In this document: piece after piece, positions 1 through 7,779 of the stretch
Layout of the letters: each line of letters starts with the position of its first letter
How positions within the stretch are numbered: the stretch's first letter is position 1
NCBI GenBank assembly: GCA_964291405.2
Contig: OZ219926.1
Location: 3,744,001 to 3,808,000 of the forward strand
Reading direction: 5' to 3'
From: Thermodesulfobacteriota bacterium
GTDB lineage: Bacteria; Desulfobacterota; Binatia; Bin18
DNA: 64,000 nt
The notes under the pieces: generated by a model
What the model was told of the DNA's origin: nothing
The model's input: only the letters and a program-made list of their open reading frames with translations
Databases searched by the model: none
Translations under genes and position numbers: made by a program

Positions 1-299
1 ATCAACTGCACCCCGACCTGGAAGTCTGCGCCTGTAGCCTGGACAATGGCATGCACAATCAATCCCATGGCGGTCGTACGTGCCGGGTCGGATTCGTCTT
101 TTACGCTGTAAATACGATCGACAGTCTGTACCAGACATCCGTCCGCCCCGCCGTGGTAGAGTGCCTGGGCCGATTTGACCGCCGTCTCAAGGGTTTGGTT
201 GAAACTGTCGTCCGCGTAAAACACGGCGCCGGGCAGCGGTTGCAGGTGAATCATGCCCAACACGGCTTTACGTTTGCCCAGGGTTGCGAAATCTCGCAT
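1..299 (-). CDS. BtpA/SgcQ family TIM-barrel protein, 5' part (runs off window start)
   Basis: Not in the ORF track. Hand translation of the minus strand from ATG 299 gives MRDFATLGKRKAVLGMIHLQPLPGAVFY..., containing the G-M-I-H-L-x-P-L-P-G N-terminal motif of BtpA/SgcQ. GGGAGG RBS upstream. Confidence 0.8.
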   Translation of the reverse strand, partial: MRDFATLGKRKAVLGMIHLQPLPGAVFYADDSFNQTLETAVKSAQALYHGGADGCLVQTVDRIYSVKDESDPARTTAMGLIVHAIVQATGADFQVGVQL

Positions 300-471
300 G
301 GTCAGCCCTCCCCACTCTCTGTTCCGAATACACGCCCCGCGGTGCGTAGCCCCAACTGTGGAATGCTTCTCATGCCGATGTCAAGCTACACAGGTGAACA
401 GGCAGTGCCGCCTCTAGACAAGCCTGCGTTGGGCGCTATGTATGGTCTTCAACTGTACAAAGGAGGTTTAT

Positions 472-873
472 ATGGGTTTCGAGGCGCTCAACGTCTGGCT
501 CGATGCCTACGGCAAGGCCTGGGAAAACCAGAACCCGGATGCCGCGTCCGCACTCTTCACCGAGGACGGGACCTATGCCTGGGGTCCGTTCGCCGAGCCG
601 ATTAAGGGTCGGCCGGCGATCCGACGCGCCTGGGAGACGGCTACCCAGGGGAACCAGGCCGGGATTACGTTCGGTTACGAACCCCTTACGATGACCGAAG
701 ACGGGCGCTACATCGCGCGCTGGTGGTCATCGATGGAATCCGTGCAGACGGGCCAATCCGTCAGAATGGAAGGGATCTTTCTGATCACGTTGACCGAGAG
801 TGGCCAGTGTCGTGTGTTTCGGGAGTGGTGGAACGAAGATCCGCCCGCAACTGGAGCCTCGGAGTTCGAGTAA
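472..873 (+). CDS. SnoaL-like / NTF2 family protein
   Basis: WLDAYGKAWE..D....LFTEDGTY and FREWW motifs; AGGAGG RBS before ATG 472. Confidence 0.85.
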   Translation: MGFEALNVWLDAYGKAWENQNPDAASALFTEDGTYAWGPFAEPIKGRPAIRRAWETATQGNQAGITFGYEPLTMTEDGRYIARWWSSMESVQTGQSVRMEGIFLITLTESGQCRVFREWWNEDPPATGASEFE

Positions 874-959
874 CTGCTGGCCGAGCGGCATAGAGAGTGC
901 GGGTAGGCGTGATAGAATGGAACATCCGATTTTTCTAAGACAGGCGAGGAGGTTTGCGC

Positions 960-1742
960 ATGAGCACCACGAGAACTTGGATTGATCTTAACAGCGATGT
1001 GGGTGAATCCTTTGGTAACTATGTGCTGGGACGGCCCGAGGAGGTTATGCAGGGGATTAGTCACGCCAACATCGCGTGTGGCTTTCACGCTGGTGATCCA
1101 AGCTGGGTCCGTCGCTCTGTCGAGAGTGCCAAGAAGTACGGTGTGACGGTCGGAGGCCATCCGGGCTTTCCCGACATGCTGGGTTTCGGCCGGAGACTCA
1201 TGCACATCACTCCCCAAGAGGGCAAGGATTATGTTGTGTATCAACTCGGAGCGCTGAAAGCCTTTGCCGAAGCAGCGGGATTGCGGCTTGAGGCGGCCAA
1301 GCCGCATAGTGCGTTTTACGTGTGGGCGCAGCTCAGCGAGGAGAATACCCGAGCTATGCTTGAGGGATTTCAAGCGGTGAACCCGGACATCGTGGCCTAT
1401 CTACCGGTGCTGCCGCACTACCCCGTACTGGAAGTCGCCGAGCAACTGGAGATGCGGGTCGTCAAAGAGTTCTACCCAGGGTTAGGATACAAGGATGACG
1501 GAGACCTGACGTATGGGCACGGCGAGGACAGTGTGGAAGAAGCGGTCCGACTCGTTATGAGAGTTGTCACCGAGGGGAAGGTCACGACCACGGGTGGCAA
1601 AGAGCTTGCGCTTGATGCAGAAAGCATTGCCATATCGGGCGAGTTGATGCAGGCTCCGAAGATACTGCAGGCACTTCGAGAGGCCCTGACCCGTGAGGGG
1701 GTAACAATCCGCAGTGCGCTTCATGCTGCGAACGGCCGGTAA
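960..1742 (+). CDS. pxpA: LamB/YcsF family protein (5-oxoprolinase subunit A-like, divergent)
   Basis: IDLNSDVGESFG, ANIACGFHAGDP and GHPGFPD..GFGRR motifs; several C-terminal motifs are altered (see findings). Confidence 0.8.
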   Translation: MSTTRTWIDLNSDVGESFGNYVLGRPEEVMQGISHANIACGFHAGDPSWVRRSVESAKKYGVTVGGHPGFPDMLGFGRRLMHITPQEGKDYVVYQLGALKAFAEAAGLRLEAAKPHSAFYVWAQLSEENTRAMLEGFQAVNPDIVAYLPVLPHYPVLEVAEQLEMRVVKEFYPGLGYKDDGDLTYGHGEDSVEEAVRLVMRVVTEGKVTTTGGKELALDAESIAISGELMQAPKILQALREALTREGVTIRSALHAANGR

Positions 1743-2010
1743 TAGGGCTGAGCTATTACGTCCTCCCCCGCTGGGTGGGGCGATGACTGGAAGGCCTTGT
1801 TTATCACTACATTTGGTGAGATGGGCAGGATGTGGGTGAAAATTCCGGGTATCCCGGTACCACGAGGAGAGGTGTAAGCGGGGAGTAAACAAAGTGGAGA
1901 GGCGGGATGGGGGAGAAACTCGCAAAGGAAAGCCCTTTCCCGTTCCATGCTAGATACAGAATCATTCAGAAAACTTTTCTGGACAGAATGGAAGATAGTA
2001 TGGAAGTAGG

Positions 2011-3147
2011 TTGCTGGAAATGCACGAACTAGACAAGCTCCAGAAGCAACGAGTCGACGTGATCGAAAAAGACTGGCACGACGGTCATGCGATTGAGATC
2101 AATGATATATTCGTAAGCAATCGGGTCCTCGAAAGCTTGGATGAGAGTAAGACCATTGTAGAAGGATTCCGTCTTCCAGAAGTGCTTCCTCTAATTCCAT
2201 TCACACCGACTGTCTACGTAATGGTCTGCCCATATTGCATTGACCATAACAACATCGAGCCGTTTCGTAAGTTGGTACAAACTGGACTAGTCATACCCAT
2301 TCTTCTTGCTCCTTACTATTCGTATCCTGAATCCGTGGTTGACGTACTTTCTGGGCATGACCATATATCCTTTTATGAGTTTTCCTTTTATAGACTTCTT
2401 GCCTTGATGAGTACAAGGGACGGTGTCCTTTGTCCTCATTGCGTCGATAATCGGGAGAATAAATTATGTTTCATCATTAAAGGGAGACGGGGTGCACCGA
2501 GACAACGAAGGGAACTCCACAGAATTGTAGGAAATATCCATCCTTATGTCTTTCCCGACTATGAATTACTTGACGAGGTCGAACGAGCGTTTCGGGACAG
2601 TGACTCGGAGTTAGCGCGGCAGTTATTGGATCTAAGTTTTATCATTCGTGCCACGCGTACCGCGCAAGTTTTTAGTGCCGCGTTATACATGCGGGAGAGT
2701 GATTTTACTCGTATCCCCGAGGGAATCGTGGAAGAGACTGACAAGATGCGCAGAACAGGTTTGGCTCTGCGGAAGATTGTTACTGATGGGCTTGGATTAA
2801 AAGTCCCCCTCGATTTACCAATCGAACAATATGCTGAACTCGTAAGTGACTATCGTCCGAAGATAAAAATCGGGCCTTTACTGTTTCAGCGCTCGTCGCA
2901 GGAGCGCTTGGGCTCGGCGGGAGCTTGGCAGGATGTGCTGGCTCCGTAGCTGCGGGGATAGGTACAGATATCGCTCGGAAAACTGGTAAACTCCGCGGAA
3001 GCAAAGCTGTGAATCGCTTGGGGAGGAAGATTTCGCGATCTGGATCCTTCGATGAACGCTCTGATAGCCAAGTACGTTGGTTCAAACGAATTAGCAGTTC
3101 ATGTATTGTCAGTTCGCCAACAGATAGGAAAGACGGACGAACCATAA
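2011..3147 (+). pseudogene. Lower-GC hypothetical gene, apparently frameshifted twice
   Basis: ORF 2011..2949 loses sense after YRPKIK (~2870). Another frame continues AFTVSALVAGALGLGGSLAGCAGSVAAGIG...KISR, and a further shift near 3035 gives DLDPSMNALIAKYVGSNELAVHVLSVRQQIGKTDEP* (TAA 3145-3147). Confidence 0.5.
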
Positions 3148-3189
3148 GATGCCGATCGGATGAGGGGTGCGTAATCCGACACCGTGCCT

Positions 3190-3352
3190 TCGCTGGCGTA
3201 CTCCCGGTGTTTCTACCGGCAAGCCACGGCCGCACCAAGCTAGGTAGAGCTCCAGATGCACGTGGTCGTCAGCCCCGTAGGCCAGGGGTTGGGCGCGAAT
3301 CGCGATATTACACCAGGCGAACATGCGGTGTGTCGATCCCAGAGTTTGCCAG
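3190..3352 (-). pseudogene. Diverged relic copy of the soxA 3' end
   Basis: Ungapped 163-bp alignment to 4098..4260 (offset 908), about 30 mismatches. Translates WQTLGSTHRMFAWCNIAIRAQPLAYGADDHVHLELYLAWCGRGLPVETPGVRQR. Confidence 0.92.
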
Positions 3353-3378
3353 TTCGGATAGTAACTATTTCCTTAGTA

Positions 3379-3405
3379 TAGCATAGACACCGTGCTACTA
3401 TGCTA
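3379..3405. promoter_or_regulatory. Inverted repeat directly upstream of higB, probable autoregulatory operator
   Basis: TAGCATAG (3379-3386) and CTATGCTA (3398-3405); HigA antitoxins typically bind palindromes in their own promoter. Confidence 0.45.
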
Positions 3406-3407
3406 CT

Positions 3408-3701
3408 ATGCTTCAGTCGTTCAAAAACGCTGGAACGGAAGATGTCTTCAACGGCAGACGAACGAAAAACGCAATGAAGTGTTGCCCCCTCTCACTTTGG
3501 AAGGTCGCAGGTCGTAAGCTTGATCAACTGGACTCAGCCGAAGCGCTCGAAGAAATGAAGGTCCCTCCAGGCAATCATTTAGAGGCGCTCTTGGGAGACC
3601 GGAGGGGACAGCATAGTATACGTATAAATGCGCAATACCGGATTTGTTTTACTTGGACACAGACAGGACCAGTACAGGTCGAGATAACTGACTACCATTA
3701 A
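3408..3701 (+). CDS. higB: HigB (RelE/ParE family) toxin
   Basis: PPGNHLEALLGDRRGQHSIRINAQYRICF..VEITDYH; toxin-first order. Confidence 0.93.
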   Translation: MLQSFKNAGTEDVFNGRRTKNAMKCCPLSLWKVAGRKLDQLDSAEALEEMKVPPGNHLEALLGDRRGQHSIRINAQYRICFTWTQTGPVQVEITDYH

Positions 3702-3722
3702 GACTATACAAGAGGAGAAAAC

Positions 3723-4064
3723 ATGGTTCGTATTCCAACCCATCGCTCGCCAACCCATCCGGGAGAAATGCTTCTGGAGGAATTCTTACGCCCTATGAGC
3801 TTAACCCAGCGTGAGCTTGCAGCAAAGCTTCATGTGCCATACCAGCGGATTAACGAGTTGGTGCGAGGGCGGCGCGGCGTAAGTCCGGGAACGGCCTTAC
3901 GCTTAGCGAAGTTCTTTGGTACTTCTGCCGCTTTCTGGCTTAACCTTCAGCTCCGCTGGGACCTGTACCATGCCCAGCGCTCAGAGGCCAAGGAACTGAA
4001 GAGAATTCGGCAATACCCGCTCACCCGGCGCCCTGCCGACTCCATGGAAGAGAGCGTTGCGTAG
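3723..4064 (+). CDS. higA: HigA antitoxin (HTH-XRE)
   Basis: PTHPGEMLLEEFL..LTQRELA..ALRLAKFFGTS..FWLNLQ. Confidence 0.93.
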   Translation: MVRIPTHRSPTHPGEMLLEEFLRPMSLTQRELAAKLHVPYQRINELVRGRRGVSPGTALRLAKFFGTSAAFWLNLQLRWDLYHAQRSEAKELKRIRQYPLTRRPADSMEESVA

Positions 4065-4097
4065 CAGGAAGGAGAAAACGCTTTCAATTCCTCCCCT

Positions 4098-5336
4098 TCA
4101 CCGGCGTACCCCCGGTATCTCTACAGGCAGGCCGCGGCCGCGCCAGGCTAGATACAATTCGAGATTCACGTAGTCGTCGGCCCCGTGGGCCAGGGGTTGG
4201 GCGCGGGTCGCGGTGTTGCACCAGGCAAACATGCGATGCGTTGACCCCAGCGTTTGCCAGCTTAGCCGATAGACGGGGAAGCCGTTGGTCTGTCCCTGGC
4301 TGATGACCTCACCCCGCAGGCGTTGCCCGGCATGCTCGTCGTGGCAATGGCTGCACGCCATGTCGAGTTGGCCGCGACGGCGCATGAAGAACGCTTTGCC
4401 CACCTCGAAAAACGGTGCGACCGGTCCCTCGATGTCCACACTCAGCGGCATCCCGCGTGACTGAAAACTCACAAACGCACTGAGTGCCAGCAAAGCTTCG
4501 GATTCATACGGGTAGGCTTCGACCTGAAGCTGTTCTGTCCGACAGCGATTAATCCGTTGCTCCAGATTGATGAGTTTCTCCGTGCGTGGATCGAATTGTG
4601 GGTAGCGGGTACGTACCCCGCGCATACTAGTTGCCGCGTCTCCATGACAACTGACACACGCCTGTTGGCTGTCGCCCTGGGTCTGGTCCCATAACTCACG
4701 GCCACGCTCGACCCATAACATCCCCGGATTGCCAAACGCGTCATTCTGTAGCTGTCGGTGTTCCTCCGACAGATAGGTATAACCGGAGCGACGACCTTCG
4801 ATACCGTACGGGGAAGTCTCGCGCTGCGGACTGCTCGGGATTTGGCCAGCCTCCGTCGCCTGTGGAGCTTCAGAGCGAAGCGTCAGGAGATACGCCACGA
4901 CATCTTCGATTTCCTGTGCGGTGAGGATCGGCTTGCCCCGGTAGGCTTCGAGTACGGAATGCAGACCCGCCACCGTATGATACGCCGGCATGATGGAGTG
5001 CGGGTTCAGCGCTTTGGGGTCTAGCAGTCGCAGGCGCAACTCAGCGGCGGTATAGCGATTCCCGACGTTATCCAAAGGTAACCCTACCGTGCCGTGGAAG
5101 CGGCGTTCGGGCAGCGGCAAGGCATGGCACACCACGCAATCGCCGCGCTCCCGATCGAGCACGATACGCTGTCCTCGCTCCGCGTCGCCGGGCTGTTCGG
5201 TCAAGGGGGTGGAAATCTCTTCATACCGGGTCTGCGGGCCGTCGAACTGCTGATTCTCCTGGGCGTAGAGAGTGCTCAGCACGAGAAGTCCGATCCACAT
5301 CTGGATAACAAAAGCTTTCCAATAGCTTCCGTACAT
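4098..5336 (-). CDS. soxXA: Fused SoxX-SoxA c-type cytochrome
   Basis: Signal peptide; SoxX domain (GDAERG, CVVCH, SIMPAY, LTAQEIEDVVAYL); SoxA domain (NPGMLWVERG, CVSCH, LEQRINRCR, RRGQLDMACSHCH, GFPVYR, catalytic-type Cys in FAWC, LELYL). Start moved to ATG 5336. Confidence 0.9.
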   Translation of the reverse strand: MYGSYWKAFVIQMWIGLLVLSTLYAQENQQFDGPQTRYEEISTPLTEQPGDAERGQRIVLDRERGDCVVCHALPLPERRFHGTVGLPLDNVGNRYTAAELRLRLLDPKALNPHSIMPAYHTVAGLHSVLEAYRGKPILTAQEIEDVVAYLLTLRSEAPQATEAGQIPSSPQRETSPYGIEGRRSGYTYLSEEHRQLQNDAFGNPGMLWVERGRELWDQTQGDSQQACVSCHGDAATSMRGVRTRYPQFDPRTEKLINLEQRINRCRTEQLQVEAYPYESEALLALSAFVSFQSRGMPLSVDIEGPVAPFFEVGKAFFMRRRGQLDMACSHCHDEHAGQRLRGEVISQGQTNGFPVYRLSWQTLGSTHRMFAWCNTATRAQPLAHGADDYVNLELYLAWRGRGLPVEIPGVRR

Positions 5337-5349
5337 CGTAGCGTCGCCT

Positions 5350-6624
5350 TTACCCAAACGTATCGGCTGTAATATTGGCGTACCATGAGCGGGCGTAGGC
5401 CGCTTCGAGGGCGCGGGTTGTCTCCGGCGCGTTAAGCGGACTCGTGCCGCTCGACCCTGGGACGACCTGAATCGTATCGTTTTCAACGGAATACACGGCA
5501 CTGATAGAGATACCGTAGTCAGGCGCAACCAGGCTGTAACAGGTATTCATCAATGCCGGCTGTGCAACCGGCTCACCCCGGAGCCGGGCGACAATGGCCG
5601 CGGCGCAGCCCTTGGCCTGATTATTGGCGCTAAAGGCGGATTTGGGCATGGGGCTGGCGATGGCTGCGTCGCCAATAATATGGATGTTGGCATGTACGCG
5701 GGATTCGAATGTGCTGCCGTGTACGGGGCACCAGCCCGTACCAGCGTCGAGCCCGTCCACTCGCGTAATCGCTGCCGCGCGCTGCGGAGCAACAATGTTA
5801 GCTACCGCGGGCTTATACTCGTCAAACTCCGTGCGGACGATGCCGGTGCGGGTATCGACCTGGGTGACCCGTCCGCCCTGGGCGCCCGGTACCCATTCGA
5901 GCAGGTTCGGATATAGCTGCTTCCACGCGTCGAGAAACAGCTTGTCCTTGGTGAAACTGTCCTTGGCATCCAACAATAAGACTTTTGATTTTGGCTTATG
6001 GGTTTTGAGATAGTGAGCAATCAAACTGGCTCGTTCATACGGTCCTGGCGGACAACGGTAGGGCGTCTCCGGTACGCTGATCACCACTAGCCCGCCGTCT
6101 TCCATGGCTTCCAGTTGGCGGCGCAGCAGCAGCGTTTGCGAACCGGCCTGCCAGGCGTGCGGGAACACCGTACTGGCTTCGGCATCATAACCTTCTATTA
6201 CGTCCCAGCGCAGTTCAACCCCAGGGGATAAAACAAGCCTGTCATAGGCTAAGGTGCTACCATCACTGAGGGTGAGAATCCGTACGGTGGGATCAATCCC
6301 CTGGGCTTGGGCTTGGACAATCTGCACGCCATAGCCTTCCCGGAGCCGTCGGTAGGTATGAGTCAATGAGGCGAGCGAGCGAAGACCAGCCAGGGCCGCG
6401 TTGCTGAACGGACAAGTGATAAACTGACGCTGTGGGGTCACCAGCGTAACTTCAAGGCTTGGGTCGGCCAAGCGTAGATACTTTGCGCAGGCCGCCCCGC
6501 CAAAACCACCACCAACAACGACGACCCTGGCCTGGGTGTTTGCCCGCGCTCTGCCGGTCAGCAGACGAGCGAAAGGGAGGCTTCCGGCCAGGCTGAAGAA
6601 TTGACGGCGGGTGAAAAAGGACAT
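5350..6624 (-). CDS. soxF: Flavocytochrome c sulfide dehydrogenase flavoprotein (SoxF/FccB)
   Basis: Tat motif TRRQFF; VVVVGGGFGG; CPFSN; YRCPPGPYER; MPKSAFSAN; NTCYSL. Confidence 0.9.
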   Translation of the reverse strand: MSFFTRRQFFSLAGSLPFARLLTGRARANTQARVVVVGGGFGGAACAKYLRLADPSLEVTLVTPQRQFITCPFSNAALAGLRSLASLTHTYRRLREGYGVQIVQAQAQGIDPTVRILTLSDGSTLAYDRLVLSPGVELRWDVIEGYDAEASTVFPHAWQAGSQTLLLRRQLEAMEDGGLVVISVPETPYRCPPGPYERASLIAHYLKTHKPKSKVLLLDAKDSFTKDKLFLDAWKQLYPNLLEWVPGAQGGRVTQVDTRTGIVRTEFDEYKPAVANIVAPQRAAAITRVDGLDAGTGWCPVHGSTFESRVHANIHIIGDAAIASPMPKSAFSANNQAKGCAAAIVARLRGEPVAQPALMNTCYSLVAPDYGISISAVYSVENDTIQVVPGSSGTSPLNAPETTRALEAAYARSWYANITADTFG

Positions 6625-6960
6625 CTAGTGCTGTCTGCGTGACCGTATAGCTGCGAAATAGGTTGTTACTGCCTCAATGTCCGCCTCACTCAGCCCTTTG
6701 GCAATCTGATTCATCACCGTCCCCTGACGCTCTTCGGTCCGAAACGCTTGTATGGCCGCTCTGAAATCCTCGGGTGACAGCCCGTCAAGCGCGGGAATGG
6801 CGCCCTGACTCTGCCCGTCAGGGCCGTGACAGGCCGCACAGGCCTGAGCCCAGGCCGCGCCGCGTGCCGGGATGGGGGCTGCGCTCACCAGGGTAGGGGA
6901 TGCCAGCAGGCCTGCCAGCAGGACAAAGAGCTGTTGTGTCAGGACAAGCGACCGTCTCAT
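6625..6960 (-). CDS. Monohaem cytochrome c (FccA/c4-like)
   Basis: Signal peptide, CAACHG, TVMNQIAKG; start overlaps the soxZ stop (ATGA). Confidence 0.85.
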   Translation of the reverse strand: MRRSLVLTQQLFVLLAGLLASPTLVSAAPIPARGAAWAQACAACHGPDGQSQGAIPALDGLSPEDFRAAIQAFRTEERQGTVMNQIAKGLSEADIEAVTTYFAAIRSRRQH

Positions 6961-7280
6961 TCGCTGACCGTGAGCGCTACGCGCTCGGATGTCGTGACTC
7001 CGGTATCGTCTGTCCACACGCACTCCAACTCGCCCGACCCTTCGGCTGTGGTAAAAAACGAGAAATACGGATTGGCGGCAATGCCGGGAAAGAGCTCCGC
7101 GTGGAAAACCTCTGCCCCGTTGTACATGCACCGAACGGTATGCACGATGTTTTTGGGAATCTTCTGGCCCACGTTGTTATATCGGAAGCCCGTTTCCATG
7201 GGGTGGCGGATGAGCAAACGCACCTCAAAGACCGCTCCGCGTTTGACACCCTCAGGGACTTTGATTCTCGCCTTGGTCAT
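6957..7280 (-). CDS. soxZ: SoxZ sulfur-carrier subunit
   Basis: EVRLLIRHPMETG, GIAANPYFSF and WTDD motifs. Confidence 0.88.
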   Translation of the reverse strand: MTKARIKVPEGVKRGAVFEVRLLIRHPMETGFRYNNVGQKIPKNIVHTVRCMYNGAEVFHAELFPGIAANPYFSFFTTAEGSGELECVWTDDTGVTTSERVALTVSE

Positions 7281-7296
7281 GCCGTATGTCGCCCGC

Positions 7297-7779
7297 TCAG
7301 CTTCCCTCAACACAGGCCGCGGCCGTGACAACGACTTCCGCGCTTGCCATCCAGGCTGTTCCGTCATTCATGACCGCAACCGCAACAACCTGCTGGGTGC
7401 CGGCCAGTCGAATCCGGGTGTGGACCTCGGCCCGTCCGGCTCGTGGTCCAAGTGAGAAGCGGGCAATAACCGGTCTGGGGTTTTTTTCAGAAAAAATATG
7501 AATCCGCTGCACATGGGCCTGCGATGTCATCGGACTCTCAACCTGAACCCGCAGCCGGACGGAGTGGCCACTTTCGGCCAGGGTTGGCAGGGTCAGTGAG
7601 ACGCGACCGACCTGGGGCATCACCCCTCCGGCTGCCTCACGAATGAGCGGCACGAGCTTCTCGGGAAGAGCGTCTGCCGAACGCGCCTTCCCGAGCGGCA
7701 CGAGCAGGTAGCCCAGGGAACCAAGCAGACCAACGAGCACATGTCGCCGTGACAGACGATTAGGCCGGGCGTAAATCAT
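7297..7779 (-). CDS. SoxY paralogue with AACxE-type arm
   Basis: Tat motif SRRHVL; AESGHSV, EKNPRP, TRIRLAGTQQV; C-terminus VVVTAAACVEGS instead of the canonical GGCGG. Confidence 0.88.
   Translation of the reverse strand: MIYARPNRLSRRHVLVGLLGSLGYLLVPLGKARSADALPEKLVPLIREAAGGVMPQVGRVSLTLPTLAESGHSVRLRVQVESPMTSQAHVQRIHIFSEKNPRPVIARFSLGPRAGRAEVHTRIRLAGTQQVVAVAVMNDGTAWMASAEVVVTAAACVEGS

Noticed and set aside
51-605. 184-aa plus-strand ORF
   Set aside because: Shadow of the minus-strand BtpA gene and the NTF2 gene; no motifs.
3190-4260. Prophage/ICE attL-attR pair or DGR template/variable repeat
   Set aside because: No integrase or reverse transcriptase; the copies are only ~82% identical and mismatches are not adenine-specific but mostly at synonymous positions.
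4098-7779. Complete thiosulfate-oxidising Sox pathway
   Set aside because: soxB and soxCD are absent from the window and SoxY lacks the GGCGG arm.
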